Source of the DNA: Candidatus Multivorans sp.
Lineage (GTDB): Bacteria > Acidobacteriota > Thermoanaerobaculia > Multivoradales > Multivoraceae
DNA length: 64,000 nucleotides
Assembly (NCBI GenBank): GCA_965247095.1
Contig: OZ251997.1
Location: 2,240,001 to 2,304,000, forward strand
Direction: 5' to 3'
Shown here: one piece after another, positions 18,372 to 29,831 of the stretch
Position numbering within the stretch: the first letter of the stretch is position 1
Layout of the letters: the number at the start of each line of letters is the position of its first letter
Translations under genes and position numbers: made by a program
The notes under the pieces: generated by a model
Seen by the model: the letters and a program-made list of their open reading frames with translations, nothing else
Database searches by the model: none
Told to the model about the DNA's origin: nothing

Positions 18372-20510
18372 GTGTCAGCCCCGAACGCGTCCCATCGCAG
18401 GGTTGCCGCCGCGGCGCATAGTCTCCCCGCTGTCATGACGCGCCCGCGTTCATCCTTCGCGGCCGCCACCGCGGCCTCAGCCGCCGGTCTGGCCGCTGTG
18501 GCGTTGGGATCGGCGCCCTGGATCGCCGGCACGATCGCGGTCGTCGAGCCGGGCGCGGCCCGGCTCGCTCTCGCCGCCGCTGCGCTGGCCGGCATTGCCG
18601 CGATCGGAGTGGCTGCCCTTGCCCGTCGGGCACATCCGGCACTGCGCGTCACGGTCCTCACCCTCGGCCTGCTGGCTGCGGCATCGAGCCCGGCCTTCGT
18701 GGCGCTCCTGGCCCACCAACAGCCGGCGGAACCGCGGCCGGCGGGCGGCCCGGCAAGGGCCGAATCGACGACTACAACAGACAGGCTCCGCGTCCTTCAA
18801 CTGAACGCCTACCACGGCTACCCGGACAGCGAAGGGCGCCTCCTGCAACCACCTGCCGCCTCCGACCGGCGGCAGCGCGCGGACCGGCTGGCGGCCGCCA
18901 TCGCTCGCCTGCGACCGGACATCGTCGTGCTCCAGGAAGCCTGGTGCACGGTCGGCGAAGGCTGTCTTGCCGACCGGCTGGCGGGCGACCTCGATCTGCA
19001 TGCGGTCTACGCCCGCGCCAACGGCTCCCTGCGCTGGCTCGGTTTCGAGGAGGGGGCGGCTATCCTCAGCCGCTTTCCCATCGCCGACCCGGCGACCTGG
19101 CGCCTGCTGCCCGACCGCGACCGCTTCGAGCGGCGCATCGCCCTGGCAGCACGGATCGACCATCCGGTTCTGCCGTTCGACGTGGTGGGCGTCCACGCCG
19201 CCAACGGCGACCCTGGGCTCGCCGCCGCCCAAACCGAGCACCTGATTGAGCGAATCCTCGCGCGCCCCGACCGGCCGGCACTGGTCGCCGGCGACTTCAA
19301 CCTCGACAGCAACCACCCCGCCCTCGGCCGCTTTGACGAGGCCGGGTACCGCGACCTTCATCCCGGTGGCATCGACCATGTGCTGCTCGACGCCGGGGCG
19401 GCCGGGTGGCGGCCGCTGTGGAGCGAGTGGTCCCCGCAGCCGAGCGGCGCCCCCGCAATCTCCGATCATCCCGGCGTCCTGGTCGAGTTCCAGTTGCCTG
19501 TTCCTCCGGCCGACCATGACTGGTCCGGCGACTGGCAGCTCGTCCCGGCCGACCAGGTCGGACTCGACGCGGACCGGCTGGAGCAGTCGGTCGAGGACAT
19601 CGGCGCGCTCGACGGCGTCCAGGGCGTGCTGATCGCGCGCCGCGGACGCCTGGTTGCCGAGCGCTACTTCCGCGGCGCCGCCGGCCACCGTCCGCACAAC
19701 CTGAAGTCCGCCTCGAAGAGCGTCCTCTCGGCACTGGCGGGCCTGGCGGTCGAAGAGGGGGTCTTCGACCTCGATCAACCGATCGCCGTCCATCTACCCG
19801 AGGCCGCCGATCTCGACGACCCGGGCAAGGAGGCGATCACGGTACGCCACCTGCTGACAATGACGTCGGGCCTCGAATCGACCAGCTTCGGCAACTACGG
19901 CTCGTGGGTGGCGTCCCGGAACTGGGTCCGCGCGGCGCTGGCGCGGCCGCTCGAAGCCGAGTCGGGCACGCGGTTCTCGTACAGCACCGGCGGCACTCAC
20001 CTGCTCTCGGCCACGCTGGCCAGCGCCGCCGGCAAGAGCACGCACGATTTCGCCCGCGAGCACCTGTTCGCGCCGCTCGGAATCCGCCACTCGGCCTGGG
20101 CCCGCGACCCGCAGGGCGTCCACGTCGGCGGCAACAACCTCTCCCTGCTGCCGCGCGACATGCTGAAGTTCGGCCAGCTCTACCTGAACCGCGGCCGCTG
20201 GGACGGACGCCAGCTCCTGCCCTGGCAGTGGGTCGACGAATCCACCCGGCCCGGCCTCGCCGGCCCTCGCGGCCGCGGCCGGATCTACGGCGGTTACGGC
20301 TACCTGTGGTGGCTCCGGGGGCCACGGGAACGGGGCGCCTACATCGCCAGCGGCTACGGAGGCCAGTACATCTACGTCTCCCCGGCCGAGGATCTGGTCG
20401 TGGTCGTCATCTCGACCGAGATCTCGAAGGGACGGGGGTGGCGCGGCGAACTGTTCGGCATTGTCCGCGGTGGGATAGCCGGCAGCGTGATCGACCGCTA
20501 CGCGCGGTAG
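18372..20510 (+). CDS. Membrane-anchored endonuclease/exonuclease/phosphatase + serine hydrolase (class C beta-lactamase/NylB-like) fusion
   Basis: EEP: LNAY, LQE, GDFN, IDH, SDH; hydrolase: SASK, LLTMTSGL, FSYST, YGYLWW, GYGGQ; start uncertain (18372 or 18435). Confidence 0.85.
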   Translation: MSAPNASHRRVAAAAHSLPAVMTRPRSSFAAATAASAAGLAAVALGSAPWIAGTIAVVEPGAARLALAAAALAGIAAIGVAALARRAHPALRVTVLTLGLLAAASSPAFVALLAHQQPAEPRPAGGPARAESTTTTDRLRVLQLNAYHGYPDSEGRLLQPPAASDRRQRADRLAAAIARLRPDIVVLQEAWCTVGEGCLADRLAGDLDLHAVYARANGSLRWLGFEEGAAILSRFPIADPATWRLLPDRDRFERRIALAARIDHPVLPFDVVGVHAANGDPGLAAAQTEHLIERILARPDRPALVAGDFNLDSNHPALGRFDEAGYRDLHPGGIDHVLLDAGAAGWRPLWSEWSPQPSGAPAISDHPGVLVEFQLPVPPADHDWSGDWQLVPADQVGLDADRLEQSVEDIGALDGVQGVLIARRGRLVAERYFRGAAGHRPHNLKSASKSVLSALAGLAVEEGVFDLDQPIAVHLPEAADLDDPGKEAITVRHLLTMTSGLESTSFGNYGSWVASRNWVRAALARPLEAESGTRFSYSTGGTHLLSATLASAAGKSTHDFAREHLFAPLGIRHSAWARDPQGVHVGGNNLSLLPRDMLKFGQLYLNRGRWDGRQLLPWQWVDESTRPGLAGPRGRGRIYGGYGYLWWLRGPRERGAYIASGYGGQYIYVSPAEDLVVVVISTEISKGRGWRGELFGIVRGGIAGSVIDRYAR

Positions 20511-20544
20511 TGCCCGACGCCGTTGTAAACTGACCGACACTCCA

Positions 20545-23500
20545 ATGGACTGGAAATCGAGGACTTCGCAGCGCTCCGGCGCCGCGATCCTGGTTGCTGC
20601 ACTGCTCGGTGGCGGGCCAGCAGCCGGGGCGGAGTTCGCCCCGGAGGATCTCGAGTTCTTCGAGCAGAAGATCCGCCCCGTCCTGGTCGAGCACTGCTAC
20701 ACCTGCCACAACAGCACCGAGCTGGCCGAGAGCGGACTGCGCCTCGATTACCGGGACGGTCTGCTCGAAGGCGGCATGCGCGGTCCCGCGATCGAGCCGG
20801 GCAAGCCGCGCAGCAGCCTGCTGGTGCGGGCCATGCGCCACCCCAGCCTCGACTTCCGCATGCCGCTCGGCGGCGCCAAGTTGCCGGACCAGGTGGTCGC
20901 CGACTTCGAGCGCTGGATCGAGATCGGAGCGCCCGATCCACGCGACGAACCGCCGTCAGCCACCGCGCTCAAGGAAGCGACCTCGTGGCAGACGGTCCTC
21001 GAGCAACGGAAGCAGTGGTGGAGCCTGCAGCCGATCGCCGATCCGGTAGCCCCCGAAGTCGCCGATCGGCCCTGGTCGAAGAACGCGATCGACCGATTCC
21101 TGGCGGCCGGGCTCGCCAAGGCGAGTCTCGAGCCCGCGCCGCTCACCGAGCCGCGCACCCTGATGCGCCGGTTGTCCTATGTGCTCACCGGCCTGCCGCC
21201 GACCCCCGCTCAGGTCGACGACTTCGAGCGCCGCGCCGCAATCGACCGGGACGCCGCGGTCGCGGAGGAGGTCGACCGGCTGCTCGACGATCCCGCTTTC
21301 GGCGAACGCTGGGCCCGGCACTGGATGGACTGGATCCGCTACGCCGAGTCCCACGGCAGCGAGGGCGACCCACCGGTCCCCTACGCCTGGCGCTACCGCG
21401 ACTACCTGATCCGGGCGCTCAACGCCGACGTGCCGATCGACCAGTTGATCCGCGAGCACCTGGCCGGCGACCTGCTCGACGAACCGCGGATGAACCGGGA
21501 ACTCGGGATCAACGAGTCGGCGATCGGCATCGCCCAGTACCGCTTCGTGCTGCACGGTTTCGGCCCCACCGACGCCCTCGACGAGCAGGTGCGCTTCACC
21601 GAGAACCAGATCGACGTCGTCTCCAAGGCGTTCCTGGGGATGACCGTCGCCTGCGCCCGCTGCCACGACCACAAGTTCGACGCGATCAGCCAGACCGACT
21701 TCTACGCTTTCTACGGGATCATGGCGAACGGCCGCCCGGGGATTCAGACGGTCGACGACGAGAGCCGGCGAAACGCCCACCGCGACGAACTGATCGAGCT
21801 CAAGCGCGAGCTGCGGCAGATCCTTGCCGAGACCTGGATCGAAGCCGCCGCCGACATCCCAACCAGGTTGCAGCAACCGGACGCCCCATGGGCCGCGGCA
21901 CTGACGGGCGGCCAGTCGCCCTACGATCCGCTCTACACCTGGGTCCGCACCCACAGGACTCGGGGGCGCCGGGCCTTCGCGAAGCAGTGGCAGGGGCTGG
22001 CCGCCGCCTACGAGCAGAGCAGGCAACAGCTCGAGAAACGACGGCAGGCGCCCGCCGTGAGCCGCTGGGATCTGACCCGGACCGAAGATGTCGAGGAGTG
22101 GTACCGCCACGGCAACGGTCTTCCCAAAGCGAAGCCGCAGGGCGCCGGGAGCTACGAGGTCACTCAGGCCGGGGAAACGATCGTCGCCGACATTCTGCCC
22201 GCCGGCGTCTACACCCACTCCCTCACCAACCGTCACAACGGCACCTTCTCGTCACCGCGCTTCTTCATCGAGGCCAAGCAGAAGCTGGCGTTGCGCGTCG
22301 CCGGCAGCGGCGGCGCCATCGCACGCTACGTGGTCCAGAACTACCCCCAGGTCGGCGAGGTCTACCCGATCAGGACCCTCGAAGGCGGCGAGTGGCACTG
22401 GCAGCACTGGGACCTCGACTACTGGGACGGCGACCACGCGTATATCGAGCTGGTGACGGCTGCCGATCACCCGATGACCGGCGAGAAATCGAGTCGGCGT
22501 TCCGACCGCTCCTGGTTCGGGATCACCGAGGCGGTCGTAACAGACGAAGACGGAGAACTCCCCCGCGACGAGCCGGCCGAGTTCACGGCGCCCCTGTTCG
22601 AGATCGAGGGTGCGCCGGCCGACCGTGGCGAGCTGGCGGCGCGCTACGGCGAGGCGATCCGCCACGCCGCCGAGGCCTGGCGCGACGGTTCGATGACCGA
22701 TGGGCAGGCCCGCTTTCTGGGCAGTCTTGTCCGTCGCGGCCTGCTCCCGAACGATGTCCGGACCGTGCCGGAGGCGGCGCCCCTCGTCGCCTCGATCCGG
22801 CAGCTCGAGGAGCGGATTCCTACGCCGACACGCTCCCCGGCGGTGCTCGCCGGCCCCCGCTTCGACCAACCGCTCATGGAGCGCGGCAACCACCGGCAGC
22901 TTGGCGAGCCGGTGCCCCAGCGGTTCCTGGAAGCGATCGACGCCGAGCCCTACTCCGACTCGATCCACCCGCGCCTGGCCCTGGCCGAGAGCGTCCTCGA
23001 TCCCGGCAACCCGCTCACCGCCCGCGTGATCGCCAACCGTCTCTGGGCGCACGCCTTCGGCCGCGGCATCGTCGCCACGCCGGACAACTTCGGGCAGATG
23101 GGCGAACTCCCGTCGAACGCCGCCCTGCTCGATCACGTCGCGACCACCCTTCGCGAGGACGGCTGGTCACTCAAGAAGTTCGTGCGGCGCCTGGCTTCGA
23201 CCCGCGCCTTCCAACTCGATTCGGCGCCCTCAGCCGCGGCCCGGGAGGTGGATCCGCAGAACAACCTCCTGTCGCACGCTCACCTGCGGCGGCTGGAGGC
23301 CGAAGCGGTTCGCGACACGATGCTGGCCGCCGCCGGCGATCTCGAACCGGTTGACGCAGCCGAAACGCAACCGGTAACCGGCTGGTCGAACCGGCGCAGC
23401 GTCTACGTTCAGGTCATCCGAAATCAGCCGGATCCCATGCTCCATACGCTCGACCTGCCCACCCCCGTCACCACCAAGGGCCAGCGCGACCAGACGAACG

Positions 23501-24467
23501 TGCCCGCGCAGTCGCTGCTGATGATGAACGACGTCCAGGTCATGCATCTCGCGGCCCGTTTCGGCAACCGGATCGCCCAGGACCCCGAGCTGGACAATGA
23601 CCGCGAGCGCATCGTCGCGATGTTCCGCCTCGCCCTTGGTCGGCCGCCGACCGAGAGCGAGCTCGGAGCTGCGCGGCAGTTCCTCCACCAGGCCCGCGAC
23701 CGCGAGCCGGTGCCGGAGGACGTGGACGCCTGGAGCACGGCGGCCATGGACCGCCGCGAGGAGAGCGCCGAGCTCCGCGACATCACCGAGGACAAGACCA
23801 AGTACGTGCTGCGCTTCTACCACCGGCCATCGGCGCCCAAGGCGATCGCGGCGTGGGAGTTCGACGACCTGCCCAAGAAGGCCGGCGCCAGCGACGCCAA
23901 CGAGGGTCCCGAACTCAAGCTCGGGCGCGATGTCCGTGTGAGCGACGGCGCGCTGTGGCTCGGAACGTCGGACGTCGTCACCAGGAAACCGATCCGCCAG
24001 ACGCTTGACGAGTACACGCTCGAGGCCTGGGTCGCCGAGCTTCCGAGCGAAGCGGACGCCCGCGAGACGCCGCCGGTCCACCTGGTTCTCGCACAGGGCC
24101 GGGAGGGTGCCTGGACTGCCTACCGGAACGGTGTCGTGGCCGACCCGGAAAGCGTCCGGCAGGAACTTCCGATGAGCCTGGAGAGGGGTCGCGTCCTGTT
24201 CGCGGGCACCGAAAACGCGCCCCTGCGTGTGCTCCAGGCCCGCCTCTACGACCGCGCGCTGCGTCCCGACGATGTCGCGGCCTCCGCTCTCGGCAACATC
24301 GAAGCGCCGCCGGAAGAGGAGCAGGCGCGCATCTACCGCGGCAGTTGGGCTCAGGTCGCGCGGCTCGAAGCGGAAGCGGACCGGCTCGAACGGAGCGCCG
24401 CCGGCGGCGACGCCTGGCGCCAACTGGCGCACGCCATGTTCAACCTGAAGGAGTTCATGTACCTCCG

Positions 24468-24471
<4 letters not shown>
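20545..24471 (+). CDS. Planctomycete cytochrome c + DUF1549 + DUF1553 protein
   Basis: [18 protein letters not shown]; [15 protein letters not shown]; [10 protein letters not shown]; [13 protein letters not shown]; EFMYLR end. Confidence 0.92.
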
Positions 24472-25869
<1,398 letters not shown>

Positions 25870-25886
<17 letters not shown>

Positions 25887-27366
25887 CTCCACGGTCCCTG
25901 GCCCGCGGAAGTCTGTCGACTTCCGCCCTGGGAACGCGGGCATCTTGCCCGCATCCGCCGCAGGCGGAGTCCGGATCCGGATCGCACTAGTCGCCCTCGC
26001 CGCCCTCTCGACCGTGGCCTCCGCGCCATCAGCCGCTGCCCAGGACGACAGCCCCAGCTACTACCGCGATGTCTGGCCGGTGATTCAGCAGCGGTGTCAG
26101 GGCTGCCACCAGCCGGCGCAGCTTGGCGGTGAGCTGAACCTGACCAGCTTCGAGGGGCTTGCGGCGGGTGGCATGAACGGCCCCGCCTTGGTGGCCGGCA
26201 AGCCGAAGCAGAGCCGGATGCTGAAGATGCTGCGCGGCGAGATCGAGCCGGCGATGCCGATGCGGAGCGAGCCGCTGGCGGAGGCGGCGATCGCCGCGAT
26301 CAGCGACTGGATCGCGGCCGGGGCCGCCGACGACACGCCCGATGAGGTGCGCCTCGACGTGGCCACCGGGCCGATCGTCTACCGCCAGCCGCCGGTGATC
26401 ACGGCGGTCGCCTACTCCGCCGACGGCGAGTGGCTGGCGGTGTCGGGCAACCGCGAGGTGCTGCTGCACCGCCGCTCGAAGGTCGGCAGTGGCGACAGCC
26501 TGGAGGCGCGCTTCTCAAGCGTGTCCGACCGCATCCAGGGACTTGCCTTTCTCAAGAACGGCCGTCTGGTAGCGACCGGCGGTACGCCCGCCCGCTTCGG
26601 CGAGATCCAGATCTGGGACGTCGACGACCGGAAGCTCCGCGTCTCGACCACCGTTTGCTACGACACCCTGTTCGGCCTCGCCATCTCGCCCGACGAGCGC
26701 CGGCTCGCGATCGGCTGCGCGGACAACACGGTCCGCATCCACCAGGCGACCAGCGGCCGCGAGCTGCTGCGCATGAACCACCACGAGAACTGGGTGCTCG
26801 GGGTCGTCTTCGGCGGCGACGGTCGGCGCATCGTCTCCGTCGGCCGCGACCGCGCCGCCAAGCTGATCGACGCGAACAGCGGCGCCTTCGTCGAGAACAT
26901 CAACCTGTTGCGCGGCGAACTCGCGGCGATCGTCCGCAACCCCAGGATCGAGGCGGTCGTCATCGGCGGCGAAGACCGAGTGCCTTACTACTACAAGATG
27001 GACCGCCCCCGGAAGATGCTGATCGCCGACGACTCGACCCTGGTGCGCGAGTTTGAGCGCCAGGACGGCGAGATCTTTGCGCTGGCGATCGATCCTCGCG
27101 GCGAGCGCCTGGTAGTGGGCGGCGCCGCGCCGACGGCACAGGTCTACGACCTCGAGACCGGCGAGCGCACCGCAACCATCTCGGGCCACAGCGCCGGCAT
27201 CTACACGATGGCGTTCGACCCCACCGGCGCCGAGCTGGCCACGGCCGGCTTCGACGGTTCGCTGCGCCTGTACCGGGCCGCCGACGGAGAGCTGCTGCAC
27301 GAGTTCGTGCCGGTGCCGATCGGGGGAAGCGTCCAGGGCGAGACCACCGCGGGAGGAGCACGATGA
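25870..27366 (+). CDS. Planctomycete cytochrome c + WD40 repeat protein
   Basis: Signal peptide; [18 protein letters not shown]; WD40 repeats; ATG 25870 after AGGTGG. Confidence 0.87.
25920..25955. repeat. REP-like repeat, short form
   Basis: CTTCCGCCCTGGGAACGCGGGCATCTTGCCCGCATC; 33/36 identical to the reverse complement of 2904-2939. Confidence 0.75.
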
Positions 27367-29831
27367 GCAGCCGCCGACTGCTGCCGACCGTGTCCCTGAG
27401 CCTCGCCGGCATGGCCGTGGCCGCGGTCGCCGTCGCTCCGCCGCCCAATCTGCTCGACATGCACCCCCATGGCGGCCAGCAGGGGCGGGCACTACGGCTG
27501 GTGCTTGAGGGCTACGGGCTGCCGGGCGAGATGGAGATCGAGAGCACCCTGCCCGGTTCGTTCGCCCGCCTCGGCGAAGCCGCCGAAGAGGATCGGCTGC
27601 AGCGTCAGCGGCGGGCCAACGACCGCAACCTCGACGCCGCCATCCTGCTCGTCGAGATCGACGCCGATGCCGCTCCGGGCCTCTACCCCCTGCGCGTCGT
27701 CACCGAAGACGGCATCTCGAACGCCCTGCTGTTCCGGGTGGACACCCTGCCGGAAGTTTCCGAGCAAAGCCTGCGCGACAGCGGCGGCGCCAACGAGGCG
27801 CCGACGATCAAGCAACTGCCGGTCGTGATCAACGGCACGCTCGACGGAGCGGAGCGGGACCGCTACCGCTTTCGGGCACAGGCCGGCGAGCGCGTCGTCC
27901 TGGAAGTCGAGGCGCGCCGCGTGGGCTCGGCGCTCGATCCGGCGCTCCGGCTGCTCGACGCCGGCGGCGACGAGATCGCCTTCAACCAGGAAGCCCCCGG
28001 GATCGACGTGGACGCCCGTCTCGACTGGCAGGCGCCCGAAGGCGGCGGCGAGTTCGTGGTCGAAGTCCACGACGCGCGCTTCAGCGACCAGACCAGGAAC
28101 TTCTACCGCCTGAAGCTGATCGCCGCCTCGGAGTACGAGTACGCCGAGGCCCTGTTCCCGCTCGGCGCCCGGCGCGGCGAGGAGACCCGCTTCGAACTGT
28201 CGGGCGGCACGGTCGCGGCCACGCGCGAGATGACCCACACCGCCGGCACGGCAGGCGACCTCGACGTGGTCGGGCCGGTTCCCGGCGCCAAAGCAATGAG
28301 TTCCGCCCTGCCGTTCCCCGTCGTCGTCGGCAGCCGCCCGGAGGTCCGTGAGAGCGAGACGGACACAGCCAGGCCCTTGACGCTGCCCGTGGTCGTCAAC
28401 GGACGGCTCGACCTGCACGGCGAAGTGGACCGGTACAGGATCGCCGCCGAGCCGGGGAAGAAGCTGCTGATCGAGGTCCAGGGAGGCGCTCTGCGCTCCT
28501 CCGATCTGTTCGGCGTGCTGACCGTCACCACGCCGGACGGCGAGTACCTGGCATCGTCCGGCGACGAGATCCCCGACCCGGACACTTTCCGGCTGCTTTC
28601 GCCCACGGCCACGTCCTTCGACCCCTGGGTGGCAGTCGAGGCGCCGGAGGGCGTGGACACGCTGCACGTCACGGTCGAAGACCTGGTGGGCCGTGGCGGC
28701 CCCCGCTTCGGCTACCGGTTGACGGCCACCGGGAACGGCCCCGACTTCGAGCTGCGGCTCAGCACCGCCCAGATGTCGCTCAACGCCGGCGCCTCGAAGC
28801 CGATCCAGGTCGGAGCGGTTCGCCGCGGCTTCCTGGGCCCGATCCGCCTCTACGTGGTGGATCCCCCGGCCGGCATCGAGGCACGGGACGGATGGATCTC
28901 GGAGGAGGTCCGAGACCTCGACCGCCGATCGTTGTCGCGCTCGGGCCGGGTCATGGTCACCGCCGATCTCAAGGCGCCCCGCCAGCGCCTCGACCTGGAA
29001 GTCTGGGGTGAAGGCGTGCTCGAGAACGGCACCGTGATCCGCCGCCGGGCGAGCGTGCCCGGCAGCGTCACCGGCGTGCGGGCCGGCGACGGTCGCAGCT
29101 ACACGACCGAGGCCGAGCGGTCGTTCACCGCGCCCTGGTTGGAGAGCCGGCTTCCGGTCCTGCTCACCGGCCGGCCGGGACCGCGGCTGATCGGCATGCC
29201 GCCCGAGACGGTACGGCTGGTCAAGGGCATGCCGTTCGACTTCGGGTGGAAGTACGAAGCGCCGGCGGGGGAAGACGCCGAGATCGAACCGCCGATGGTC
29301 GTCACCGCCGTGATCGGCGGCGGCGAGTTCCGCGTCGAGACGACGGAGAAGACCGACTACGACAAGTCCGAGGGCAGCAAGCTGATCCGCAGCAGCGACG
29401 GCACCCGGCACGACCGCTACAGCGTGACTCTGACCGGCGAAGTCACCGTGGGCGGCCGGCCCGAGCGCCTCTACACGCCCGGCGTGACCCTGGAGGTCGT
29501 TCCCGGTTACCGGATCGAGGTCGACAAGGCGAGTGTCAAATCCGGCAAGAAGGGCGTCGTCGAGGGCGTCCTGCACCGCGAAGAGAGCTTCCAGCAACCG
29601 GTCGAACTGCGCGCCGACGCACTGCCCACCGGAGTCGTCTGCGACAGCACCGAGATCAAGCCCGAGGACGACGGCAAGTTCCGGATCTCCTGCGAGGCGT
29701 CGGAGGAGGTCGAAGCGGGGGACTACGATTTCCTGATCACGTCGTCGTCGTGGCTGGCCGGCGAGAGAGAAGGCCGCGCGGCGTACACGACAACGCCGGT
29801 CGAGGCACGAATCGAGGTGAAGGCCAGATGA
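27363..29831 (+). CDS. Exported PPC/Ig-like repeat protein of DUF1549/1553 operons
   Basis: PHGGQQG; two LPVVINGTL..DRYRF repeats; DARL; YRL; PDFEL. Confidence 0.8.
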   Translation: MSSRRLLPTVSLSLAGMAVAAVAVAPPPNLLDMHPHGGQQGRALRLVLEGYGLPGEMEIESTLPGSFARLGEAAEEDRLQRQRRANDRNLDAAILLVEIDADAAPGLYPLRVVTEDGISNALLFRVDTLPEVSEQSLRDSGGANEAPTIKQLPVVINGTLDGAERDRYRFRAQAGERVVLEVEARRVGSALDPALRLLDAGGDEIAFNQEAPGIDVDARLDWQAPEGGGEFVVEVHDARFSDQTRNFYRLKLIAASEYEYAEALFPLGARRGEETRFELSGGTVAATREMTHTAGTAGDLDVVGPVPGAKAMSSALPFPVVVGSRPEVRESETDTARPLTLPVVVNGRLDLHGEVDRYRIAAEPGKKLLIEVQGGALRSSDLFGVLTVTTPDGEYLASSGDEIPDPDTFRLLSPTATSFDPWVAVEAPEGVDTLHVTVEDLVGRGGPRFGYRLTATGNGPDFELRLSTAQMSLNAGASKPIQVGAVRRGFLGPIRLYVVDPPAGIEARDGWISEEVRDLDRRSLSRSGRVMVTADLKAPRQRLDLEVWGEGVLENGTVIRRRASVPGSVTGVRAGDGRSYTTEAERSFTAPWLESRLPVLLTGRPGPRLIGMPPETVRLVKGMPFDFGWKYEAPAGEDAEIEPPMVVTAVIGGGEFRVETTEKTDYDKSEGSKLIRSSDGTRHDRYSVTLTGEVTVGGRPERLYTPGVTLEVVPGYRIEVDKASVKSGKKGVVEGVLHREESFQQPVELRADALPTGVVCDSTEIKPEDDGKFRISCEASEEVEAGDYDFLITSSSWLAGEREGRAAYTTTPVEARIEVKAR

